Positions 12,604 to 22,001 of a stretch of DNA of 34,634 nucleotides are shown in pieces. Both the position numbers and the translations under genes were made by a program. The stretch is from the NCBI GenBank assembly GCA_900128565.1, contig LT635951.1, forward strand, positions 1 to 34,634. Direction: 5' to 3'. The notes under the pieces were generated by a model. It was not told the origin of the DNA and did not search any database. It worked only from the letters and a program-made list of their open reading frames with translations. This stretch comes from Stramenopiles sp. TOSAG23-6. Its lineage: Eukaryota. Positions within the stretch are counted from its first letter, which is position 1. Each line of letters starts with the position of its first letter.

Positions 12604-13212
12604 TTACCAGGGATTGTAATCGTCATCGATATCATAAGCAAGAGCTTCTACCTGAGCTACTGGTAGTTCCATATTTTTATTGGTCGCTTTTGATTTAGTT
12701 TTCATGGGTCCTGGTTTTCCATTAGATAGATACAACACATCTAAAAGTAAAACACCAATTTCAATAATTGTAACAAAAATAAGCATGACAATCCCAGAAC
12801 CAGGCTTGATAGATGCTTCTTTATGTAATATAGATTTAATAGAAGATACGTTATCAAACCAGTTTGCCCACGCAATTAAACTGAAGAGAGCGCTTCCAAA
12901 TAGTGACAGTCTCCAATAAGCAAATAATTCACTGAAAATTTTTCCAGCTGGTAAGAAAAGGAGAAGTACCAAAGTTAGTATTAACACCAAGAATGACAAA
13001 ATCGTAAAAGCGAGATAAGTTCTTCCATAATCATGAGAAAGTTCTCCAATTTTGTTCCAAGTCAAAGATGATTCAAGGCGGCCAAGCTTGACATTCCCAA
13101 GTGTTCCGTTGCACAAGGAAGCGAAGTGTAAGACAAACACACCAAGAAGAATGATATTACAAATCAAGTTTTCTCGAAAATTTCGGAATGGATCTTTACA
13201 ATTGATCATCAT
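12604..13212 (-). CDS. hypothetical four-pass membrane protein (claudin/tetraspan-like topology), 202 aa
   Basis: ATG-initiated ORF with four hydrophobic segments and a charged C-terminal tail. No family recognised with certainty. Confidence 0.7.
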   Translation of the reverse strand: MMINCKDPFRNFRENLICNIILLGVFVLHFASLCNGTLGNVKLGRLESSLTWNKIGELSHDYGRTYLAFTILSFLVLILTLVLLLFLPAGKIFSELFAYWRLSLFGSALFSLIAWANWFDNVSSIKSILHKEASIKPGSGIVMLIFVTIIEIGVLLLDVLYLSNGKPGPMKTKSKATNKNMELPVAQVEALAYDIDDDYNPW

Positions 13213-13348
13213 TATTAGAGAAGAAAGTGTATAGCTGGACTGTTCAAGTTTCGAACAACTTGTTTCACAATATTACAAACAAACACTACCTATACTGTAG
13301 TACATTACAAGTTTGCGCTGAATTCAAAATTTTTTAACGAGAGTACGG

Positions 13349-13358
13349 GTACCGGGTA
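13349..13358 (-). promoter_or_regulatory. TACCCGGTAC candidate promoter element (copy 2)
   Basis: GTACCGGGTA on the plus strand, between divergent ATGs at 13212 (-) and 13436 (+). Confidence 0.55.
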
Positions 13359-13435
13359 TCATTGAAATTCAAAAAAAATTGTATTCAAACAATGATTTCG
13401 ATTCTAATCTCAAATCAAAAAAGATCTTTTACAGT

Positions 13436-15692
13436 ATGGAACGATGGAATGAAAAGTGGGACAATTTACAGACTAGTTCGGACGAAGACGAACGAAGTAG
13501 CGCAGATGTAAGCAAAAATTCATTTGATAGAAAAAAGAGAGATGTTGTTTCCAGAGATAGTGTAAAGTCGTACGAACCCAGATTGAATTCGTTTGACTTG
13601 ATGAGACAAGCTATTGTTGGTGACGCTCACTCGGAAGCGCAATTGCGCACGCTAGGAAACAAATCTTTTAAAGATGGTGCAACGGCTAAAGCCGAAGGCT
13701 ATTATTCACAGGCGATTGAAAAAGCTTTGAAAAGAAGGGAAAAAAAAGTGTCTGAAAAACCAAAAATTCCTTTAGTGATGCCGTCCAACCTGGAAAGCGT
13801 AAATCCAGAGACTAGAGCTGCACTGGAGTCACTCGAAGAAGAGTTAATTGAAATAGAAAAATCTAAACTAGACCCAAACGAAACAATTCAGAAATTGTAT
13901 AATAATAGATCTATCGTACGTTATAAATTAGGAAAATTTGCAAAGTCTGTTAGGGATGCTCGAGCTGCGTCAAATATTCAAAAAGACTGGGTAAAAGCAT
14001 ATTGGAGAGAGGCGTTGGCTAGCTCTGCACTTGAACGTTATGATGATGCCATCAAAGCTTATAAAAAAGCTCTTAAATATGATCCTGGTAGTATTCGTTT
14101 AAAGAAAGAGCTTGAGTCTACTATATTTAAAAAATTCCGTAAAAGTACAAAGAAAAGTAAACAAATTAGTAGACAAAATTTGAAAGTTTTACGTCATAAT
14201 TCAACAGAAAAAGTTATCAATAAAAAGAGTCATAATAAAAATACTGACGAAACAAATGATATTAATGAAATAACAGATAATACGAATAAAATTCGTAAGA
14301 AAGCTCGTGACGAAGCAGCTAACGTATTGCTCGAAGCAATTAACGAAAAAGCAAGTGAGGAGGAAGCAGATAAAAAAGCTGCTAAAGATCTCGAAATACG
14401 CCAATCTCTTCTTTTACAAAAGATAGCAAGAGAAAAGCAAGATTCAAGTAACATGAAAAATGATGCAAGCATATCCGGATTACGGAAAGGTTTTTTGAAT
14501 CGATTGGACTCTGCTCAAAATGGTCAAAATTGTGAAAAAGTAGATACCTATAAGAATAGTAAAAAAAAATTGTTAGGTACGAAATGTCCTACGAAAAAAA
14601 AAAGTGAAAACAAACCAGTAAAAATGTTACTGCACCCACAAATACCAGTATCGAAAAATACAATAGAATTATTAGATATTATATCTGCTTTGGCATGGGC
14701 ACCCAAGGGAGGTACAAATATTGCCGGTGCTGCCGCTGCTTTATGCCATCAAGTAGTCCGCAAGGAAAAAGTATGTTTTCATGATTTCAATTTTGAATTT
14801 ATTTATCTTCATTGAAAATTTCGTACCTAACAAAAAAAAATACAAAAAAAAAATATTTTTTACAATACAACGTGGAAAGCAGTTTTTTCTTTATTTAGCA
14901 TATGATCACGGTAATCAAGTTGTTAAACCTGAAGAGTATGATTTAACTGCAAAATCTCCACGTGCAAGCCAAGTCTTATTTTGTCGTGTTTTATCAATGT
15001 ATGATGGAAATGCTGTAAATACAGCAGCATTATTAGCTTTGCATTCATTGTTATATCATTCAGTAGAAAAAAATACGAAAAAAGTAAACATGCCGGTTCG
15101 ACTTCTGCATCGTGGTAAAGAAGTAGTTGACTATGGGCTTTGTTGTGGTTATCTGAAAGGTATTGAACAACTTGTTCTTGTTTCTTCTTGGGAGGGAATC
15201 CCTGAATCTAAATGGGAAATGGAGAAACAAAATCTTGAACAACACGAGTGGATTTATTTCCGTCTCAATTCAGGACAAATTTATTTTTTAGATTTTTCAG
15301 CTGAACAGTTTGGTGAAACTCCTCTTTTGATTCCCCATGCGAAGAATGTTGATGATTTTGTACATTGCATTTCATCCGCAAATAAATTTGCACCAGCAGG
15401 CGCACCTGCTAATATTTCAGTGCCTATTTTGTTTTGTAAAGCGGAAGCTGCAAAAGTTAGGTATGAAATTGAGAGAAATATTGATAAAACAGCCATAGCA
15501 ATGAGAGTAAGAATAGCTGAAAATGCGAGCGAAGATTCGCTACAAATTAAAGTAGAAAAAAATATGAATCTTGAGGAAGAAGTGAAACTTGCAAGGAAGA
15601 TGTCTGCAGTGCATATTATTAAGTTATTTTTACAGTCATTTAAGCCAAAATTGATTCAATCCTTTCCATATATTCATAAAAGCATTAATTAG
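13436..15692 (+). CDS. TPR-repeat protein with an uncharacterised C-terminal domain; join(13436-14770,14871-15692), about 718 aa
   Basis: Co-chaperone-type TPRs (LRTLGNKSFKDG...AEGYYSQAI; LYNNRSIVRYKLG; WVKAYWREALASSALERYDDAIKAYKKALKYDP) and N-terminal KWDNLQTSSDED. The two ORFs join in frame after removing element copy 3. Confidence 0.85.
14525..14630 (-). mobile_element. degenerate antisense copy of the intron element inside the TPR coding exon
   Basis: Reverse complement: GTAACATTTTT...TTTTTTCGTAGGACATTTCGTACCTAACAATTTTTTTTT...TTTTTCACAAT, which matches the family core. The plus-strand ORF reads through it. Ends are approximate. Confidence 0.75.
14771..14870 (+). other. non-canonical intron / introner-like element, copy 3 (100 nt, GT...AA)
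   Basis: aaa|GTATGT...GAAAATTTCGTACCTAAC...TACAATAC-AA|cgt. The frame change matches. In-frame AGs at 14879 and 14882 are possible alternative acceptors. Confidence 0.78.
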
Positions 15693-15780
15693 TTGTTCAT
15701 AAAAACATTAATTAGTTATTTTTTAACGATATTCATTTATTTAAAACAAAAGTGTGTACAACATTGTCGACATATTGTAA

Positions 15781-16347
15781 CTAAAGCCACCATGGTGCTG
15801 GCGGAAGAATAAACCAAGGTGTTCGCATATAGTCAATCAACACTTCTTCACCAGGTTGGAGCGACTTTATTGTATATATCGAGAAACCATTAGATGTAAG
15901 TGAACCCACAAGAATACTATTTGCAACTCGTTTATGATTGATTTTCCGACCCAAGTCAGTCATCACAGGATTTGAATATAGGTACCAAGGTTCAAGAAGT
16001 AAAGAGTTAGTTGTTGATAATGATACTGCCTCAAAGAGACAAACACCTGCATCTGAGAAATCAGTCACAAAAACACCATTTCCATGAATATTACTTGGTG
16101 CAACTTTCAGTCCAGAAATGTCACGACAACTTGGATAGACTGGTGTGCTACACTGCCAATAAAAATGCTTTGTAATAGCCAAAAACATAAATAATCGTGA
16201 TACCCACACANTAATTGCACAAAAAAACATTGATATCGACAATACAAAAGACGACTTCTTTATGTGCAAATAAGACGCTATAGTATCATGAGATAAATAG
16301 TAGAAAACATGGGATAGTGCAATAGCCCAGCACAATAGAATCATCAT
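15781..16347 (-). CDS. small SET-domain protein with a hydrophobic N-terminus
   Basis: GLKVAPSNIHGNGVFV...GRKINHKRVANS...IKSLQPGEEVLIDY are SET motifs. The first ATG is at 16347; the true start is uncertain. Confidence 0.8.
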   Translation of the reverse strand: MMILLCWAIALSHVFYYLSHDTIASYLHIKKSSFVLSISMFFCAIXVWVSRLFMFLAITKHFYWQCSTPVYPSCRDISGLKVAPSNIHGNGVFVTDFSDAGVCLFEAVSLSTTNSLLLEPWYLYSNPVMTDLGRKINHKRVANSILVGSLTSNGFSIYTIKSLQPGEEVLIDYMRTPWFILPPAPWWL

Positions 16348-16937
16348 TATTCTAGCTCGGCATTTTGGTGAGTTTCTCAGTTGGTATATTAAGTCACTCA
16401 AAAGTTAGCTCTCGCGAAATTGTATTGACGGAAAGTGCGCGGAGAGAATGTTCTTAAAGCTATAATACTAATTCATATGAATGTGGATTCGCTGTGGATG
16501 GATTCTTTGTTTATGAGTGACTTAGAGTGAGTGATTTTCGATTTCGATTTTGATCAAGTCAAGATGAAGAGAGATCCGTTACGATGACTCGGCCAGCCCA
16601 GCGCCAGGTAGTGTCAAAAATTTAGGAACATCATCATGATTCATGAATCATGACTGTTGTTGTTGTTTTAAATATCAGTTAGTTCATAAAAAATATAGGT
16701 AGTATATCTAAACGCTGTCATAGAGAAACATATTTTAACTTCATTAAAACCAATTGTCATTTCATCAAAGACAAGTAATTTCTGCTTTAATTTGTGGATA
16801 CTTTTAGTTTTCTTTCTTCACACGAGATAGTATCAAACATCACTCATTCGTCGCTGACTTTTAACTTGGATAGTATATTTCACTAAGTGGTTGTTTTCCC
16901 ACATCAACTTGCCACAGGACTAAAAATATAATCTAGT

Positions 16938-18484
16938 ATGCAACTTGTTTATATAGTATGTGTATTTTATGCTACTGTCTCTACGATACAAACAGTTCAT
17001 GCGATGAGATGGGTTTTAAAAAAGTCATTAAAGTTAAAGTGTGAAAGAGTGGGAATCCAAGGTGACAACAATTTTCGAAGTTGTTCAGCTTGTGCTAAAA
17101 ATTATGGATGCGGTTGGTGTGAAGTGGGTACAATATTTAATGGCAATCCTCTTGGTTCAAGTAAAATTTTTCCTAATAAGCATCAGTGTATTTCTCTAAA
17201 AGATGAATGTATCGGAACTCTATTTCACCGGGGACTCTGTCATGAACCACGAAAAATAAGACGTGAAAAGTGGTTGGAAGTAAGTGAAACCAACCGTCGA
17301 ATCAACGGAGATGAAAAGTATCGCAACTACTTGGATGTATGGGAAATTGAAAAGATAAGTGAAGCACAAATATCACGAGATACATCACGTTCAGGTGTTA
17401 AAGGTAACCAAATAATCAATTTAGGAAATGTTTTGAAAGCATATGCTGTATATGATAAAGAAGTCAAATATCAACAAGGAATGTATGCTTTCATCATTTT
17501 TAAAATTTAAAATTTTAATTTGTTTTTCATCGAAAATTTCATACCTAATTAATTTCAAACTTTAAGACATATGTTTTCACAATATATGTATGTTTTATTT
17601 TTTTTCAATTTCGATTGTTTTTTCGTACGAAATTTTGTACCTAACAATTTTTTTTTTGAAATATTTTTCACAATATATGAATCTAATAGCAGGAATGTTT
17701 TTGAAACTGAATATGAATGAAGAAGAAGCATTTTGGATGCTTGTGTCTGTGATGCAAAATGATAAGTATTATCTTAAAAATTTGTTTCTCAATGACCCTA
17801 AAAAAATGACACACAGATTGTATATTTTTATCATCAATTCCGAATTTATTTTTTTTCGAACTCAAAAGGTTTCGCATCTAACATTTGTTTTCTAAAAATA
17901 TTTTTCCACAATATTTAAATGATATAAATAAAATGTTAAATTTTGTCAGGAGAGAATTTTTACATAATTTTATTGATCCTGTACATCATGAAACGTTGGA
18001 AAAAAATCATGACGAGTTAATGTACGTTTTCACCATTAATTTCAAATTTATTTGTTTTACTAAGAAAATTTCGTACCTAACGATGTTTTTACTAAAAAAC
18101 AAAAATATTTTTTCACAAAACATGATGTTGGAACAGTCTAGATGTATCCAATGGATGGAAAGTGTATTTATTGTATCTTTTAGAACATATTTATTACATC
18201 ATATATGGGATTTTCTACTCACTGATGATGAGAATACTATGGAGCATAACTTATTGCTAGTTATTGGATCCTTCTATCATCTCGCCCTGAAGCATTCCTT
18301 TGAAAAATTTCATAATATAACACCTGACCAAGTTGAACAGGTAATGTCCACTTGGATACCTAATCAAGTTACTTTGGAACAACTGAATGAAGCTTTGTAT
18401 GAAAGAAAATCAACGTATATACAAGTTACAGAAACTAATATTATTGCAGAAGCTGAAACAAAGTCTGACATTGAGAGATATTGA
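16938..18484 (+). CDS. TBC-domain Rab GTPase-activating protein with an N-terminal signal-like peptide and Cys-rich PSI-like module; join(16938-17482,17679-17819,17917-18021,18124-18484), about 383 aa
   Basis: ISRDTSR (IxxDxxR), NVLKAYAVYDKEVKYQQG|MNLIAGMFL, EEEAFWML, QWMESVF, HIWDFLL; CSACAKNYGCGWC. Exon lengths sum to a multiple of three after removing four elements. Confidence 0.88.
17483..17587 (+). other. non-canonical intron / introner-like element, copy 4 (105 nt, GT...AT)
   Basis: ggaat|GTATGC...GAAAATTTCATACCTAAT...CACAATAT-AT|, followed immediately by copy 5. Confidence 0.85.
17588..17678 (+). other. non-canonical intron / introner-like element, copy 5 (91 nt, GT...AT)
   Basis: at|GTATGT...CGTACGAAATTTTGTACCTAAC...CACAATAT-AT|gaat. 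Removing copies 4 and 5 rebuilds the ATG of YQQGMN. Confidence 0.88.
17820..17916 (+). other. non-canonical intron / introner-like element, copy 6 (97 nt, GT...TT)
   Basis: agatt|GTATAT...GGTTTCGCATCTAAC...CCACAATAT-TT|aaat gives HRLNDINKML in frame. An in-frame AG at 17949 would delete 11 residues of a TBC helix. Confidence 0.8.
18022..18123 (+). other. non-canonical intron / introner-like element, copy 7 (102 nt, GT...AT)
   Basis: ttaat|GTACGT...GAAAATTTCGTACCTAAC...CACAAAAC-AT|gatg. Length is 3n with no in-frame stop. Confidence 0.8.
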
Positions 18485-18782
18485 ACTTTTAAGCAACATA
18501 ATCAATAATTTATATGAGCTGCTCCTTTGGTATATGTTCCGTTGGAGTTTTAATAATACTTACAAAAATTAAATTGCTATATGCCATCGCCAGATAGATT
18601 CACTAACTGTTCACAGTCATAGCGAAACTTTTGAGTTCTAACGCTTAAATAAGTTCAAAATTTACATGAAAATAAAATATGTCGATATCCAGATATTTTT
18701 TTATCTTCTCTTTATTAGATACATCAAGCGATACCATGATGGATCCTTTACTCTACATTTTTTTCGTTCAATAAAATACCTC

Positions 18783-19262
18783 TTAATAACCGTCTCCACT
18801 TGAATAGCCACCGCCTCCACCATAATAGCCACCGCCCCCACTTGAACCACCATAATAGCCACCGCCTCCACTTGAACCACCGTAATAGCCACCGCCTCCA
18901 TTTGAACCACCGTAATAGCCACCGCCTCCACTAGAACCACTGTAATAGCCACCGCCTCCACTTGAACCACCATAATAGCCACCGCCTCCACTTGAATCTC
19001 CGTTGTAGCCACCATTTCCACTTGAACTATGACCCTTGCTCCCACTTGATCCATTGTTTCCAATAGAACCTCCGGAGCCTTTACTTTTCCCGCAGTTTGA
19101 TGATGAATTCCAATGAGGAACCTTACCGGCGTTCATATTTCTCGCCGCAGCACTTTGAGCTCGAGCAGCAAAAGATCCTTTCTCAATTCTACCGTTTCGA
19201 GCATATTCGTTTGACATTACGCGACGTGCAGCTTCTCCGTCAAATAGATGTGGTTTAGGCAT
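18783..19262 (-). CDS. SMP (seed-maturation/LEA-like) motif protein with a Gly/Tyr/Ser-rich tail
   Basis: AARRVMSNEYARNGRIEKGSFAARAQSAAARN resembles the SMP repeat. ATG at 19262; the C-terminus is built of GGYYGGSSGG repeats. Confidence 0.8.
   Translation of the reverse strand: MPKPHLFDGEAARRVMSNEYARNGRIEKGSFAARAQSAAARNMNAGKVPHWNSSSNCGKSKGSGGSIGNNGSSGSKGHSSSGNGGYNGDSSGGGGYYGGSSGGGGYYSGSSGGGGYYGGSNGGGGYYGGSSGGGGYYGGSSGGGGYYGGGGGYSSGDGY
18817..19027 (-). repeat. coding tandem repeat, about 7 x 30 nt (GGYYGGSSGG)
   Basis: The unit CCACCATAATAGCCACCGCCTCCACTTGAA recurs every 30 nt with few substitutions. Confidence 0.95.
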
Positions 19263-19568
19263 AATGGCAAATATTACAGGCACAGTTCTAGTAATTGCTA
19301 TTGTATAGCTTTATATGATGGGTCTAATAAGAGGGCACCCCACGATACCACGGTCCACAGGCACCAATCAAATTACTATTAGTGGTTTTATTAAACTTTT
19401 ATAATATTATTAAAATATTATGACAGTATCCGCTGCGCGCTGAATATATTTATTTATGGGGAACCGTTTTTCGTGTTATTCCAGTTATATAATTCAAGAG
19501 TATGATGATGAGAATAATTCTTGAAGTGGTCATTACTAAAATACAATTACAAATATTTGTATCAATAT

Positions 19569-21592
19569 TTAATTTTTAATAACATCATTCATGTTTCCTT
19601 TTACTAACGATTGAAAATCATCTACTCGTTTATTACTACCTATTAAAATTCGATTTGTCTCGGTATTTGATACATTTATATTCGTATCGTATGGCGAGAG
19701 TGAAATACTCTGAGGCCAAGAAGTAGACAGCATATATTTAACAATTTCAAATTGTATAGATTCTTGGGATTCTCCCCGAAAGGAGGCATTTGACAAATTT
19801 GAAATTACATCTGCACCAAATATCGTCCGTAACAAATCTCTATCTGAATTATATAATTTTTCCAAACTAATGTCAGAGAATGTAACATCTATACCAATAT
19901 TTACTGCAATCATACCCCATGGTTGAATTGTACTACGAGCAATTTCAAATATATTTTTATGTTTACATGGAAATTTTACATCATTTGTACCTAAAAAATA
20001 AATTGGCCACGAATCTTGGCTAAATACATCTATTAATACGGCATCAAATTTTTCTTGGGTACCATTCGCTATTCTTTTTGATGCTTTTCTTAGATATGAT
20101 AATCCATCATCATGTAATACATCTAACCCTTTTCCTTTGACTTCAAAGCAATGCTGTGCAGCCTCAATGACGGCCAGATTATGTATTTTGGAAAAATATT
20201 TCAAAATTTTTTTGTTAGGTACAGAATTTCGTACGAAAAAAAAAATCGAAATTAAAAGAAAATAAAACATTCATGCTCTACACAAGTAATATGTGCATTT
20301 GGATAATGACGTTGCAAAAATAAAGCAATTTGTCCACCTCCGATACCAAGTAATAAGAAACGCGGCGATTCACATTCATTTGATTCAAAATGAAAAGGTA
20401 AAAGAGATACCATCGTTTTCTGATACCAATTTTCTAATTTCGATCCTTTTGGATTTCGTGTATCCCATTCACTTTCACAAAAGTTGCCTTCAATGGGTGA
20501 TAAGTCAGGATTTATAGAACGGATTTTATTTGATGGTTGCTTTTGTTCTTTACGTTGAAGAGTTTCACCCCAATTCCAAACACCAAACTGAAGAACTCGA
20601 TAGTAATCACATTGTAAAACAATAACTGCTTCATTTTCTTTTGGTAATTTGTAGGTACAGTTTCCTGTATTTATTTTACCACTTGAGTAGCTAAATTGTC
20701 TATTTTTTCCAATATTAAAATATAGTATAGAAAAACCAGGAGATTTGAAATTCACTACATTTGAAAGTTGTCGCAAGGTTTCAAATTCTGCTGTGTCATA
20801 ATACCAACTTGGAATACAAATATTTTCTATACCATTTTCTATACCATTTTGTATACCATTTTCTATTCCATTTTGTATACTATTTTGTATACCATTTTCT
20901 ATACCATTTTCTATACAACCAACTTTAGTAGATTCAAATTGATCAGTTGTTGTAGATTCCACAGGAATACTCCCATATTTACCGAGTACTCGTAATGTCT
21001 CAAGTACATGATATTTTTCATACATAAAGATATCCTCTTTACTTCGCTCGTTTTGAATTAATAGTAATAAAGCTAAAACCGTATTACTTCCAACTACCTC
21101 AACCCCGGCTACAACGCCGCAAGAAAACACCAAATGATATATAGCAATAGCAGCATAAATACGAATGCAACAAGCTTCGATCATCGATATCTCAACTATA
21201 TTGGGTTGTAATTGACCGAAAGAATCAATACCAGTAGATAGAAGTACAGCCAGATGTCGCGCTGCACCAAGTTGCAAAGTTCTCTGTCCAACACTTCGAT
21301 ATGTCGCATCAACTGTAACAGTTTGAGGCACAAGTCTAAAATCGTGCTTGTGAGAAAGAACACCATTGAATGCAAAACACAAATTTCGCAAAGCTGTTAT
21401 TAAAAGCGTGGGATCACAAATCGAAAGTTGAGTGCACGCATAAGAAGCTGTACTCACACGAAACTGTGTGGTCTCGGTAATTTTCTTCCATGACTTACAC
21501 ACGCAACGTAACACTCGTGCAAGTTCCTCAGGACAAATCATACCAGGAAGCATGGTGAGAATCACTAGTGGGGTAGTTCTTTCCTTTGCCAT
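19569..21592 (-). CDS. F-box-like N-terminus fused to a class I SAM-dependent (spermidine-synthase/METTL13-like) methyltransferase domain; join(21592-20273,20180-19569), about 643 aa
   Basis: RFLLLGIGGGQIALFLQRHYPNAHITCVEH|NLAVIEAAQHCF...VLHDDGLSYL...KFDAVLIDVF...GMIAVN; N-terminal PEELARVLRCVCKSWKKI. Confidence 0.85.
20181..20272 (-). other. non-canonical intron / introner-like element, copy 8 (92 nt, GA...AT)
   Basis: Minus strand: gagcat|GAATGT...CGTACGAAATTCTGTACCTAAC...TCCAAAATAC-AT|aatctg. The frame change matches and the orientation follows the host gene. Confidence 0.85.
20822..20916 (-). repeat. coding tandem repeat, about 8 x 12 nt (IENG/IQNG)
   Basis: ATTTTCTATACC / ATTTTGTATACC units on the plus strand. 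Confidence 0.92.
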
Positions 21593-22001
21593 ATTTGGTA
21601 GAGACCCTTGTGATTTTCACGGAAATGCAACAATATTTATTCCCACATGAATTCGCATAATCGATATTATAGAAAGGACTGTAGCAAATAAGTAGTCTTA
21701 TGCAAGCGAGGGCGAGACTGGGACTAGACTACCTTTTTTTTTTGCTAAAAATACTTTTTTTCGTGTGGTCCGGTCAAACGCAAACCCAAACGAACATTTG
21801 ATTTTGAAAGGTCAACAACAACATCAAACAAACAACAAACCAAACACTTGAACACTTGAACTACTTCAATTTTTCAAATTGAATAGTACTATTAATCATA
21901 CGTTCCTTAGGTAGTCTTTCTTTTTAATAGCACGAATCAGCATTTCACAGAAACGAGCAATTGCTGCTTCATTTTGCAACTGCTCTTCAAAAGATTGTGA
22001 A

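Noticed and set aside
18817-19027. Regular 30-nt repeats as a CRISPR array
   Set aside because: The units are contiguous with no unique spacers and encode a Gly-rich peptide in a eukaryotic gene.
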